IMG/VR virus record: IMGVR_UViG_3300027712_001108
Location: 64,001-128,000 of that record
Length of the DNA: 64,000 nt
Source: a virus
Direction: 5' to 3' (one strand)
The notes beneath the pieces are model-generated. The model did not search any database. It saw only the letters and a program-made list of their open reading frames with translations, and was not told where the DNA came from. The translations under genes were made by a program, and so were the position numbers. Of this stretch, positions 46,421-56,777 are shown piece after piece; the stretch's first letter is position 1; the number at the start of each line of letters is the position of its first letter.

Positions 46421-47479
46421 ATGACCCACTATCTCAAAGACGGCAACTCTTTCCGAGTGGCAGACGACAACAGTCTTGACATTCACAATCTGTTGCCTGC
46501 TGGCAACTATATTGTCAAGACGGATATGTTCGGCAACTTCTTCCTTGAACAGGTAGAATCGTTTACAGCACCTAGCAAAATCTACGGCGACACACTGAAG
46601 TTGGCAGATCGTATGCTGAATACCTATCACAATCGTCCTGCTAGCACCGGTGTGTTGCTGACTGGTGAAAAAGGTTCGGGTAAAACGCTGCTCAGCAAGA
46701 TGCTCAGCATCAAAGCTGCCGAAACAGGTGTTCCCACTATCATTATCAACAGCCCGTGGAAAGGCGACGGGTTCAACAAGCTGATGCAAGATATCAGCCA
46801 GCCGTGCATTGTGCTGTTTGACGAGTTTGAAAAAGTCTATGACGGCGATGACCAAGAAGCTATCCTCACGCTGTTGGATGGTGTGTTCATTACCAAGAAA
46901 CTGTTTGTGTTGACCTGCAACGACAAATGGCGTATTGACTCGCACATGCGCAACCGTCCGGGCCGTATCTATTACATGCTGGACTATGTTGGGCTTAGCA
47001 CTGCATTTGTTCGTGAATACTGCGAAGACAACCTACTTGACAAGACGCAAGTTGATTCAGTATGCAATGCATCAAGCCTGTTTACCAGCTTCAACTTTGA
47101 CATGCTCAAAGCCATGGTTGAAGAAATGAACCGCTACGGCGAAACTCCGCAAGAAGTGTTGAAGTTCCTCAACGCGAAGCCTGAGTTCATGGCAGCAGAC
47201 ACTTTTAATGTAGAAGCCATCATTGACCATGAAACTGTTAAAGCAGACGACCTGGGTAACAATCAATGGCGCGGCAATCCGCTGCGTGAAGAAGTGGAAA
47301 TCAGCGTTCGCACTGTCGACGAAGATGATGACACTGAGTGGGTAGAATACACGTTCACTGCGGACAATCTCAAAAAGGTCGATGGTACCAAAGGTCGCTT
47401 TGTGTTTACCACGGACAAGGGAACTGTTATCCTTACTCGTGTTAAACCCCCGTCGTTTGACTACTGGGCTGCAATGTAA
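46421..47479 (+). CDS. AAA+ ATPase
   Basis: GEKGSGKT, FDEFEK, LLDG and NRPGRI motifs. Confidence 0.9.
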   Translation: MTHYLKDGNSFRVADDNSLDIHNLLPAGNYIVKTDMFGNFFLEQVESFTAPSKIYGDTLKLADRMLNTYHNRPASTGVLLTGEKGSGKTLLSKMLSIKAAETGVPTIIINSPWKGDGFNKLMQDISQPCIVLFDEFEKVYDGDDQEAILTLLDGVFITKKLFVLTCNDKWRIDSHMRNRPGRIYYMLDYVGLSTAFVREYCEDNLLDKTQVDSVCNASSLFTSFNFDMLKAMVEEMNRYGETPQEVLKFLNAKPEFMAADTFNVEAIIDHETVKADDLGNNQWRGNPLREEVEISVRTVDEDDDTEWVEYTFTADNLKKVDGTKGRFVFTTDKGTVILTRVKPPSFDYWAAM

Positions 47480-47544
47480 GCTACTATACTACCGGAATAG
47501 GGCGCTACGGCGTCCTATTCTATTTTTCAATATAAAGGCATCAC

Positions 47545-48186
47545 ATGATAAGACCATTTATACACTCAACAGATTTGCCTATTATAGACAGGCTGTGCAA
47601 TGTTAGATCTAAATTTTGGATAGCAGGTGGTACTGTGCTGAATTGGTACCAGCATAAGCCTGCGGATAGTGATATCGATTTGTTTTTTCACAGCGAAAAA
47701 GATTTCGATAAAATGAACAAGTTGTTCACCAATGCATATGAAATTGCCACGTCTATAGATAGTGTGTTACCTAAATTTGCAGTAAAAAAAACTTACGAAA
47801 CCATAGACAGCGACATCTTTATAACTGACAGGCATGCGTCTGATAATGCTGTAACTTACTCTGTAACTATAAGTGGCGCATCGCATCCGTTGTGGAAAGT
47901 GCAGTTAATCAAACGTCGATTCTATAAAAACATTGAAGACGTTATTGACGATTTTGATATTACTGTGTGTCAAATTGCAACGGACAGTTACAACAAAATC
48001 GTCACTAGCAAGCACTTTGCAGAAGATGTTGCAGCCAAGCGATTGCGATTTGTAAACATGACACCCAGCAGTGCCAAACGTTTGATAAAATATTGGGCAT
48101 ATGGCTTTACTCCCACGGATGATGATATACAATCAGTAATAGACTATCTAGATTTAGACTTGACTCGCAGAGAGGATGATTATTAA
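47545..48186 (+). CDS. Pol-beta-superfamily nucleotidyltransferase (CCA/poly(A) polymerase head-like)
   Basis: WIAGG, DIDLFF and FDITVCQIA motifs. Confidence 0.7.
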   Translation: MIRPFIHSTDLPIIDRLCNVRSKFWIAGGTVLNWYQHKPADSDIDLFFHSEKDFDKMNKLFTNAYEIATSIDSVLPKFAVKKTYETIDSDIFITDRHASDNAVTYSVTISGASHPLWKVQLIKRRFYKNIEDVIDDFDITVCQIATDSYNKIVTSKHFAEDVAAKRLRFVNMTPSSAKRLIKYWAYGFTPTDDDIQSVIDYLDLDLTRREDDY

Positions 48187-48593
48187 TGAATAACAATCAA
48201 CGTCACCAAGCTACGTGGAGCAAGCTCAGCCCTGTTCCATCTATGCATTATCATCCACACAGTGCCAGTCATATTGTGTATTGGAATGGAGTAGGCATGA
48301 CCCGTAGCACTGCACTTATGCTTGTAGGTGCATGGTGGAACTTTATGTGGCCTACTCCCAAAATGAAAACCAAATCCTATGAGGAGTTCGTCAATGCATA
48401 CAGACTGGGTGCATTTGGCAATGTAAACTGGGATGATATGATCAAAAGCGATCCGCAACAATACTTTACACAAATTACCAAGCTGGTTGTCAATTCTAAA
48501 ACTCATTCTATTCAGGACTTGGTAAAGCAATACACTGTGCAAGAAGCATTGTCGTGGTTTAAAACCGAAAATGAATCTGTGATAGAAGACTAA
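48186..48593 (+). CDS. Hypothetical protein
   Basis: TAATG overlap. Confidence 0.65.
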   Translation: MNNNQRHQATWSKLSPVPSMHYHPHSASHIVYWNGVGMTRSTALMLVGAWWNFMWPTPKMKTKSYEEFVNAYRLGAFGNVNWDDMIKSDPQQYFTQITKLVVNSKTHSIQDLVKQYTVQEALSWFKTENESVIED

Positions 48594-48634
48594 TCCGCAG
48601 TATAGTAGCATGTAATATCAAAATAGGAACACAA

Positions 48635-49726
48635 ATGTCATATCTTTTTACAAGCGAAAGTGTCAGTGAAGGACACCCTGACAAAGTAGCAGATGCTATT
48701 AGCGATGCTGTGCTAGACATGGTTATGTCGCATTATGATTCAAGTATGCGATGTGCATGTGAAACACTGGTAACTACCAATCAAGTTGTGCTAGCAGGCG
48801 AATACAAAGGTATTCTCGGCACCAGTGCAGTAGATGATACTGTGCGAAGTGTTATACGCAACATCGGCTATGAGCAAACTGGATTTGACTGGCGTACCGT
48901 TAACATTCTCAATTTGATGCATGGACAAAGCGCAGACATTGCATTGGGTACAGACGACTTTGGCGCAGGTGATCAGGGGCTGATGTTTGGCTATGCTACT
49001 ACCGAAACTGAAAGCTATATGCCCAGTGCTATCTATTGGAGCCACGAGATTCTACGCAAGCTAACTGCTGCTCGCAAAGACGGTACTATGCCTTGGCTAG
49101 GACCTGATGCAAAAAGCCAAGTTACGTTTGAATACGATAACAATAACAAGCCTGTAGGCATTGCCAAAGTTGTTTGCAGTACACAGCACAATGAACACAT
49201 TACCATACAGGAAGTTCGTGAAACTGTTGAACTGCTTATTCGTTCTGTACTGCCGCAACAGTATTTGACCAACACTGAATTCTACATCAATCCCACTGGA
49301 CGTTTTGTAATTGGCGGTCCTGATGGCGATACCGGACTAACTGGACGCAAGATCATCGTGGACAGCTACGGTGGGTATGCTCCTCACGGTGGCGGTGCGT
49401 TCTCAGGCAAGGATCCTACCAAAGTTGACCGCAGTGCAGCTTATATGATGCGTTATATTGCTAAAAACATTGTAGCAAGTGGTAAGGCTGATTGGGCAAC
49501 TGTGCAAGTAAGCTATGCAATCGGTCTTAAAGATCCCATGAGCTTCTATGTGGAAAGCAACGGCGACAGCAGAAATCTTACCAATTGGGTCCGAGACAAC
49601 GTTGACTTAACTCCTGCAGGCATTATAAATCGTTTCAAGTTGTTCAGTCCGATATACAGTTCAACTACCAATTATGGACATTTTGGCAAGACTGACTTGC
49701 CGTGGGAAAAGGTAGACCTATTCTAA
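48635..49726 (+). CDS. metK: S-adenosylmethionine synthetase
   Basis: FTSESVSEGHPDK, GAGDQG and GGGAFSGKD motifs. Confidence 0.97.
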   Translation: MSYLFTSESVSEGHPDKVADAISDAVLDMVMSHYDSSMRCACETLVTTNQVVLAGEYKGILGTSAVDDTVRSVIRNIGYEQTGFDWRTVNILNLMHGQSADIALGTDDFGAGDQGLMFGYATTETESYMPSAIYWSHEILRKLTAARKDGTMPWLGPDAKSQVTFEYDNNNKPVGIAKVVCSTQHNEHITIQEVRETVELLIRSVLPQQYLTNTEFYINPTGRFVIGGPDGDTGLTGRKIIVDSYGGYAPHGGGAFSGKDPTKVDRSAAYMMRYIAKNIVASGKADWATVQVSYAIGLKDPMSFYVESNGDSRNLTNWVRDNVDLTPAGIINRFKLFSPIYSSTTNYGHFGKTDLPWEKVDLF

Positions 49727-50751
49727 TGGAACACACTGCAACTAAGAAGCTGGGCTTTGCTTGCAAATGGTTGGATGACCCCAGTGAAGCTGGTATGAAA
49801 ATCAATGCTCGTAACCGAGAAATTAACACCAGCACAACCACTGTTACATGGCTGAATCGCCAAACTCGCGAAGTGGCTGAGCAGCGACTGTGGGATCTTA
49901 TGGTCCATAATATCGCTGCTAATAGACTGCTGGTATCAGCAGTTGCAAAGCTGCCAGAGTCTCAGCGTATGGTGCGACTGGGCAGTGATATGCTGCCTGT
50001 TTACACAGAAGCATCGTGGCGGTATTTTTGGCAGAAAACAGACGTTAAAAGGTATGCGGAACAAGAGTTTATCAAAGTAGGAGATGTGGCTCGCGACGCT
50101 GGTGTGCGACTCAGTATGCATCCAGGGCAGTACTGTGTTCTTGCCAGTACCACAGATACTATTGTAGAGCGCAGCATTGAAGAATTTGAATACCATGCCG
50201 ATATGGCACGTTGGATGGGGTATGGACAGCAGTTCCAAGACTTTAAAATCAATGTGCATATCAGCGGCCGTCAAGGTCCTGACGGCATCAGAAAAGTTTT
50301 GCCTCGACTGTCCACAGAAGCACGTAACTGCATTACTATTGAGAATGACGAGAACAGTTGGGGTCTTGATGCCAGTTTGGAATTGGAAAAAGATGTGCCG
50401 CTTGTACTTGATATTCATCACCATTGGATTCGCACAGGCGAGTATATTCAAGCCAACGACGACCGAGTCAAACGTGTTGCCGACAGCTGGCGCGGTGTAC
50501 GCCCTGCCATGCACTACAGCGTTAGCCGAGAAGACTATCTTGTGGGATTTGACCACACGGTGCTACCTGATATGACAACACTGCTAGCAGCAGGTTACAA
50601 GAAAGGCAAGCTGCGTGCGCACAGTGATTTCTATTGGAATACTGCTGCCAATGATTGGGCGCTTAGCTTTAACCATGACTTTGATATTATGCTAGAAAGT
50701 AAAGGAAAGAATCTTTCAAGCACGCGGCTGTTTGAATATCTCACAGCTTAA
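49726..50751 (+). CDS. uvsE: UV DNA damage endonuclease
   Basis: LGFAC, RLSMHPGQY, IEND, VLDIHHH, AHSD and IMLESKGK motifs. Confidence 0.9.
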   Translation: MEHTATKKLGFACKWLDDPSEAGMKINARNREINTSTTTVTWLNRQTREVAEQRLWDLMVHNIAANRLLVSAVAKLPESQRMVRLGSDMLPVYTEASWRYFWQKTDVKRYAEQEFIKVGDVARDAGVRLSMHPGQYCVLASTTDTIVERSIEEFEYHADMARWMGYGQQFQDFKINVHISGRQGPDGIRKVLPRLSTEARNCITIENDENSWGLDASLELEKDVPLVLDIHHHWIRTGEYIQANDDRVKRVADSWRGVRPAMHYSVSREDYLVGFDHTVLPDMTTLLAAGYKKGKLRAHSDFYWNTAANDWALSFNHDFDIMLESKGKNLSSTRLFEYLTA

Positions 50752-50761
50752 CTAGACTATA

Positions 50762-51320
50762 CACTGTCGATAGCCTGTCCAGGCGGTTGAATTGGACTGC
50801 TCACCTTCTACGGGGAGGGATGCACGTGGGCGACAGCACGGCTAATGCGCACTAACCCATTGATGGTGGGATGCGAAGCTTCCGGACATACCTCCGGTTC
50901 TGCAATATAAATCAAAAGCTCTGCGCACTAGGATAAAAACAACAGCAGTACGACAAGTTAAAAACTATTTTTGACACTTGGGATAGCGACGGTAATCCCA
51001 CATCTATGAAATCCAGTGGTAGTGTTAGTCCGTAGGCCATTGGACGAGATGGGCAAGCATTTAGCGTAAAAGGGAGGCAATCGTAACAGCCCCTTGCTTA
51101 TAGCAATATAAGTTGCAAACAGATGGACAGGTGAAAAGACTCAGCGAAAAGCTCTACCTTTTTAGCCACATGATGACATGCTACAGTCGTCTTGTGGCTA
51201 TGGATCTAGCGAAAATAAAAGAAGATATGATAATAATCCATCATCCAATAAGTATCAGAATTGGCGATTGAGTTGATGAATAGAGCCTGCGATATGAAAG
51301 CAACGACAGTCGCAGTGTGT
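50762..51320 (+). ncRNA. Large (~560 nt) unclassified structured non-coding element
   Basis: No ORF; long-range CTGTCG/CGACAG and CCTGTCCA/TGGACAGG pairings, many hairpins. Confidence 0.5.
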
Positions 51321-51779
51321 TGAAGACACACTTGGTAGGATTGAAAAATATTATGGCATTTAAGGCAAATTCAGATTAACAATCTGTACATGCGAATGTA
51401 TATTGCGCATAATTGGTATATCAGGGACACAGAATGTTTTGGGATCAAGAATCAAGTGGTGGCGCAATAGCATTGGGTGTGCATCCCAGTCATGTAACAC
51501 AATATAGTTTAGATAGCTATTTCGAATTCTGCATACATTGTGGTAACACTGATCTTGCACCGGGAGGTTGGGATGCATGGGAAGCAGAATGTACTAAAGA
51601 ACCTGAACAACATCGCGTGGCAAGACTGCTGGGTGCTACTACTGAATTCGTCAATTCAACATTGGATAATATATGATAGATTATGGATTAATCTAGATGC
51701 CGTACCCAAGCGCAGTTGACATACTGTAATCAGTATGTTATGTGATTACATCAATAACTGAATATAGGGGATATTCGAA

Positions 51780-52367
51780 ATGTTTAAAAATAGGTTAGTA
51801 TGGATGGTACTGGTTCTTTTGCTTGTACTGTTTACAGCCAGTCAGGTGTTTGCAGGGTCATGTGATCAACTACAAGTACCAGGCATGACTGACAGTCAGT
51901 TGATTGACCTAAAGAAGAAGTGTGTTGATATGGCAGGTAACATTTCTTCTGTTGGTAATACTAGTGTAACCGACCTGTCGCAGTATGCAGAGCTAGGACA
52001 GAAATACGGCATTGCTCTTAGCGAAGTTGCCAAGAGTATTGGCGTTACTGTTAACGAACTTGCACAAACACCTGTTGGACAGTTTATGCTGGTTATGGTT
52101 GCATACAAGGTCATGGGTAACGACTTGCTGGGTATTGTTGGCAGCTTCCTGTGGTTTACAATTATGATCCCGCTGTGGGTATACATGTTTCATCGCATGG
52201 TACTGAGCACTCGCAGTATTAAAGAAACGTTTGATAACACGGGAAAATTAGCCAGTCGTGTTGTAAATCCCACAGATTGGGGCGATGCACCTGGTGTGAT
52301 TGCGATTATCATGATGTTTGTGATGTTGTTTATCTGTATCAGCGGCTTTATTATGGCATTTGGTTGA
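51780..52367 (+). CDS. Membrane protein
   Basis: Signal peptide and TM segments; TTGACA promoter. Confidence 0.75.
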   Translation: MFKNRLVWMVLVLLLVLFTASQVFAGSCDQLQVPGMTDSQLIDLKKKCVDMAGNISSVGNTSVTDLSQYAELGQKYGIALSEVAKSIGVTVNELAQTPVGQFMLVMVAYKVMGNDLLGIVGSFLWFTIMIPLWVYMFHRMVLSTRSIKETFDNTGKLASRVVNPTDWGDAPGVIAIIMMFVMLFICISGFIMAFG

Positions 52368-52374
52368 TAGGTGT

Positions 52375-52833
52375 ATGATGAAAGAAGAACTTGAAAAACA
52401 GCTGGTTGAAAAGTATCCGTTGATTTTCAACCAGCGTTTCGAAATTTCCTGTGGCGATGGGTGGTATCAGCTAATCGATACACTGTGCGGTACCATCCAA
52501 GGTCATGTCAACAGTGTTGAACGGCAGCGTACCTGGGCATTGGAAAAAAATGCCAAAGGTATAGATATAGATAATCCCTATGAAGTACCCGAACCTGTTG
52601 TGCAAGTGAATGTACAACAGATTAAAGAAAAGTTTGGCACTCTGCGATTCTATACTACCGGCGGTGATGCATATATTCATGGTGCCATAAACATGGCAGA
52701 TACTATGAGTGAACACATTTGCGAAGAATGTGGTAATGTGGGCAAACGGCGATCTGGTACTTGGATCAGAACACTGTGCGATCAACACTTTGTTGCAACA
52801 GCACTGGGTGCAGCAGATGAATTTCTTGATTGA
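52375..52833 (+). CDS. Hypothetical phage protein
   Basis: CGDGW, QIKEKFGTLRFY and CEECG motifs. Confidence 0.75.
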   Translation: MMKEELEKQLVEKYPLIFNQRFEISCGDGWYQLIDTLCGTIQGHVNSVERQRTWALEKNAKGIDIDNPYEVPEPVVQVNVQQIKEKFGTLRFYTTGGDAYIHGAINMADTMSEHICEECGNVGKRRSGTWIRTLCDQHFVATALGAADEFLD

Positions 52834-52911
52834 CATCTGCTGCACCCCACACTATAAATAGACATGTGATGGGATAGACCTGTCGCGCTAACATCAATAG
52901 TAGGATTTACT

Positions 52912-53967
52912 ATGTCATACGAATTCGATATGGCCGTATTCATCGGTCGATTTGAGCCTTTTACTATCGCACATGCAACAGTTGTGCAAAAAGCTCTTAA
53001 CAGTGCCAAAAAAGTAACAGTTGTTATTGGTTCTGCAAATACTCCCAGAAATCATCGAAACCCCTGGACATATGAAGAACGTGCTGCAATAATCAAAGCA
53101 GCCTTTCCCAATGATGCTGATCGCATTATTACTACTCCTTTGGAAGATACTATCTACAACGATGAAAAGTGGACCAAGGACGTTCAAGCTGCTGTTAATG
53201 ATGCATTTACTGAAGCGTTTGGTGCATGGCATCCACTGGCCAAAGTTGCGCTGATTGGGCACGGCAAAGACAATACCAGTTTTTATCTTAGCTTGTTCCC
53301 GCAATGGGGTAGCATCAATGTTGAGAACATCGGTGGTATTTCTGCAACTGATGTACGCGATTGGTATTTTGGCAGCGACAGCGAATATTTTCAACGTATT
53401 AATAGTGCAGTGTTGCCTGCTAGCACAGATGCATTCTTGACTGAGTTTCGAAAAACACCAGACTTTGAAAACATCCGTGATGAATATGAGTTTGTTGCCA
53501 AGTACAAGCGTGCCTGGGATGCTGCGCCATTCAAGCCCACATTTGTCACAGTAGATACAGTTGTTGTGCAAAGCGGTCATGTGCTGCTAGTGCAACGTGG
53601 TGCTCGTCCTGGTAAAGGCTTGTGGGCATTGCCTGGTGGATTTCTTGAACAGGGCGAATGGATACAAGACGGTGCTATTCGTGAACTGCGTGAAGAAACC
53701 AAAATCAAAGTACCTGAGCCTGTGCTGCGCGGTAACATCAAAGCAAGTCGTGTGTTTGACGATCCCAATCGCAGCGCCCGTGGACGTACTATTACACATG
53801 CATACTTGATTCACTTGCCTCCTGCAACTGCACTGCCTAAGATCAAAGGCAGTGACGATGCAGTAAAAGCAAAATGGATGCCTATTGCAGATGTCAAACG
53901 CAGCATGATGTTTGAAGATCACTATGATATCGTTCAAACAATGATTGACATGCTCAAACTCAAGTGA
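52912..53967 (+). CDS. nadM: Bifunctional NMN adenylyltransferase / Nudix hydrolase
   Basis: FIGRFEPFTIAH, NPW, SAT; Nudix box PGGF..RELREET. Confidence 0.92.
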   Translation: MSYEFDMAVFIGRFEPFTIAHATVVQKALNSAKKVTVVIGSANTPRNHRNPWTYEERAAIIKAAFPNDADRIITTPLEDTIYNDEKWTKDVQAAVNDAFTEAFGAWHPLAKVALIGHGKDNTSFYLSLFPQWGSINVENIGGISATDVRDWYFGSDSEYFQRINSAVLPASTDAFLTEFRKTPDFENIRDEYEFVAKYKRAWDAAPFKPTFVTVDTVVVQSGHVLLVQRGARPGKGLWALPGGFLEQGEWIQDGAIRELREETKIKVPEPVLRGNIKASRVFDDPNRSARGRTITHAYLIHLPPATALPKIKGSDDAVKAKWMPIADVKRSMMFEDHYDIVQTMIDMLKLK

Positions 53968-53976
53968 GGAATCTAA

Positions 53977-54378
53977 ATGAAAATCGGTGTAACCGGTACC
54001 CGTAGTGGTATGAACGAAATACAATTTGCAGCAGTTCAAGATTACCTGTCTCAATTTGTGCCAGCTGATACAGAATTACATCATGGCGATTGTGTGGGAG
54101 TAGATGTTGAAGTTGCAATCCTTGCACAGTTACTTGGTATGCGTACAGTCTGTCATCCACCTAGCAATGACGAATTACGTGCTAACCATGCTAGCGACGA
54201 GATCCGAGAACCTCTCAGCTACTTTGCTCGCAATCGCAACATTGTAGACGATACAGATGTGCTGATAGTTGTACCTTATCAAGATGTCCATCAAACGAAC
54301 GGCGGTACATGGTATACACATGATTACGCCAAGAAGAAGGGTAAGGCTCTGGTTGTGTTCTTTCCTGGGAGATGCTAA
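53977..54378 (+). CDS. SLOG/DprA-like fold hypothetical protein
   Basis: GVTGTR, HGDCVGVD, RNRNIVD and GGTWYT motifs. Confidence 0.65.
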   Translation: MKIGVTGTRSGMNEIQFAAVQDYLSQFVPADTELHHGDCVGVDVEVAILAQLLGMRTVCHPPSNDELRANHASDEIREPLSYFARNRNIVDDTDVLIVVPYQDVHQTNGGTWYTHDYAKKKGKALVVFFPGRC

Positions 54379-54716
54379 TGTCACAATATAATAAAGGAGA
54401 TCTAAAAATGGTTAAGCCAATTGCACCATCTGATGTATCTGCTTTACAAGTAGAACTGTTTCCAGATTTTGTAATAGAAACATGGAACACTGTTATTGCT
54501 AAAAAATGGTCAGGCACACAAAGTCGTATTCTGCAAGATGATATAGTGCTGAAATTAATTGCTGCATCGCCTATGTTGATTACCAGAGGTGACGTATTTG
54601 CCCGACATTGGCTTGACATTGAAGATCTGTACCGTGCCGAAGGCTGGGTAGTCGAATACGATACGCCCGCATATAGTGAAGGCTACGATGCTTACTTTGT
54701 GTTCAAAAAGAAGTAA
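54378..54716 (+). CDS. Hypothetical protein
   Basis: ORF track. Confidence 0.7.
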   Translation: MSQYNKGDLKMVKPIAPSDVSALQVELFPDFVIETWNTVIAKKWSGTQSRILQDDIVLKLIAASPMLITRGDVFARHWLDIEDLYRAEGWVVEYDTPAYSEGYDAYFVFKKK

Positions 54717-54778
54717 ACCGCACTACCAAAGTCCAACTGATAGACAGTTGGCATCTAACTCAAGGGAGACTTGAAAAA

Positions 54779-56161
54779 ATGACTAACTTAATTCTCAATA
54801 CAGACAGCTACAAAGCCAGCCATTGGGGCCAATACCCTGCTGGCACCGAGCGAGTATACAGCTACATTGAAAGCCGAGGCGGGCGATTTGATCGCACTGT
54901 GGTATTTGGTCCGCAGATGTTTATCAAGAACACGCTGATGAAAGGCGTTACAGTTGATGACGTTAAAGAAGCCAAAGAGATGTGGCCTGCACATGGTGAA
55001 CCTTTCAACGAAGAAGGTTGGATGGACATTGCTGTTCGACTCAAAGGCAAGCTGCCGTTGCTGATCAAAGCAGTACCGGAAGGTACTGTATTGCCTACGC
55101 ACAACGCTATGGTTACACTGGAAAACACTGACCACAAGCATTTTTGGTTGACCAGCTACATCGAAACTGCACTGCTTCGTGCTGTTTGGTACCCGACCAC
55201 TGTTGCTACGCTCAGCTGGCACATCAAGCAGATGATCAAAGCTGCAATCGATAAGACCAGCGATGTGCCTGAGCAGATTGCATTCAAGCTGCACGACTTT
55301 GGTGCTAGAGGTGTAAGCAGCGAAGAGACTGCCGGCATTGGCGGCGCTGCACACCTTGTGAACTTTATGGGTACTGATACCATGAGTGGTGTTGTTGCTG
55401 CCAAGCGTTATTACAACGAGCCAATGGCAGGCTTTAGTATTCCTGCTGCTGAACACAGCACTATGACCAGCTGGGGTCGTGATCACGAAGCAGACGCATA
55501 TTCTAACATGATTGACCGTTACGGCAAGCCGGGTGCTGTGTTTGCCGTAGTCAGCGACAGCTATGACTTTTGGCATGCAGTAAGTAGCATCTGGGGAGAA
55601 CAACTACGCCAGCGTGTGATAGACAGTGGTGCTACACTAGTTGTGCGTCCCGACAGCGGTGATCCTACCACTGTGCCAGTTAAAGCAATTGAACTACTGG
55701 CAGAGAAGTTTGGCTACACTGTGAACAGCAAAGGCTACAAGGTACTGCCTAACTGTGTGCGAGTGATCCAAGGTGACGGCATCACAATCGAAAGCATCGT
55801 TACACTGCTTGCCAACTTGGAAACTGCTGGATTTGCCATCGACAACCTTGCGTTTGGTATGGGCGGCGGACTTGGACAGATGGTCAACCGCGACACGCAG
55901 AAGTTTGCCATGAAAGCCAGTGCTGCTATGGTTAACGGCGAATGGCGCGATGTTTACAAAGATCCTGTCACTGACCACGGCAAGCAAAGCAAGCGTGGAC
56001 GACTGGCACTGATCCGTGAAAACGGCAAGTGGGAGACTGTTGGCGAAAGCGGCTGGGCGTGGGCCAATTACCTAGAACCTGTATTCCGCGATGGTGAACT
56101 GCTGCGTGACCAGACATTTGCAGACGTTCGTGCGCACAGCAACCGTACTGCATTGGACTAA
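54779..56161 (+). CDS. nadV: Nicotinamide phosphoribosyltransferase
   Basis: TDSYKASH, LHDFGARG, SIPAAEHS, VRPDSG and IQGDG motifs. Confidence 0.95.
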   Translation: MTNLILNTDSYKASHWGQYPAGTERVYSYIESRGGRFDRTVVFGPQMFIKNTLMKGVTVDDVKEAKEMWPAHGEPFNEEGWMDIAVRLKGKLPLLIKAVPEGTVLPTHNAMVTLENTDHKHFWLTSYIETALLRAVWYPTTVATLSWHIKQMIKAAIDKTSDVPEQIAFKLHDFGARGVSSEETAGIGGAAHLVNFMGTDTMSGVVAAKRYYNEPMAGFSIPAAEHSTMTSWGRDHEADAYSNMIDRYGKPGAVFAVVSDSYDFWHAVSSIWGEQLRQRVIDSGATLVVRPDSGDPTTVPVKAIELLAEKFGYTVNSKGYKVLPNCVRVIQGDGITIESIVTLLANLETAGFAIDNLAFGMGGGLGQMVNRDTQKFAMKASAAMVNGEWRDVYKDPVTDHGKQSKRGRLALIRENGKWETVGESGWAWANYLEPVFRDGELLRDQTFADVRAHSNRTALD

Positions 56162-56183
56162 CCGGTTATTTAATATAAAAGAT

Positions 56184-56206
56184 AAAAGCGGGCAATGCTC
56201 GCTTTT
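56184..56206. terminator. Bidirectional terminator between convergent genes
   Basis: AAAAGCGGGC-AAT-GCTCGCTTTT. Confidence 0.75.
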
Positions 56207-56777
56207 ATACAACTAACGGATCTGTAATCACAGGTGTACCATCTGCACGTTGCATGATATTTTCGTCATGCAAATCTAAATAAAACTTACCATGTATGTT
56301 AGGTAAGTCTGCTAACACTCTAGCAACATCAGGCCAACGTGTTGCTATCTTATCTACAAATTCTTGGTATTCAGATAATCGTAAGCTTATTGGCGGATCA
56401 GTGAGTTCGTTTGGTAAATCACCACTTAGCCTGTCCAATGGTTCTATACGTATAGCATATGTGGTTTTGTTGATACGAATAGGTCTGCCTTTTATTTTAG
56501 GCACTGCTGATAAATTTTGATGATGTATTGCATAATTCAAATATGCCAGATATGCAGGATCATTGTTAAAAACTTTGAATACCCATGGATAGCCAGGTCG
56601 CTCGAATACTGTGCCAAATCCGCCGCTGCCTAATTCTTCAAACCCCAATTCTTCCAGTTCGAATTTGAACTTTTCCCATGCATTAGTTGGATCTACTCTA
56701 TCACCGATTTCTTTGGCAGCAATGCCCGCGGGCGACTGTTTGATAACCTGTGCACCTTTTAATTCTGCTATAAGCAT
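56205..56777 (-). CDS. Protein-kinase-like fold protein
   Basis: LGSGGFGTVF, VFK, DLHDENIM and ITDP motifs. Confidence 0.8.
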   Translation of the reverse strand: MLIAELKGAQVIKQSPAGIAAKEIGDRVDPTNAWEKFKFELEELGFEELGSGGFGTVFERPGYPWVFKVFNNDPAYLAYLNYAIHHQNLSAVPKIKGRPIRINKTTYAIRIEPLDRLSGDLPNELTDPPISLRLSEYQEFVDKIATRWPDVARVLADLPNIHGKFYLDLHDENIMQRADGTPVITDPLVV

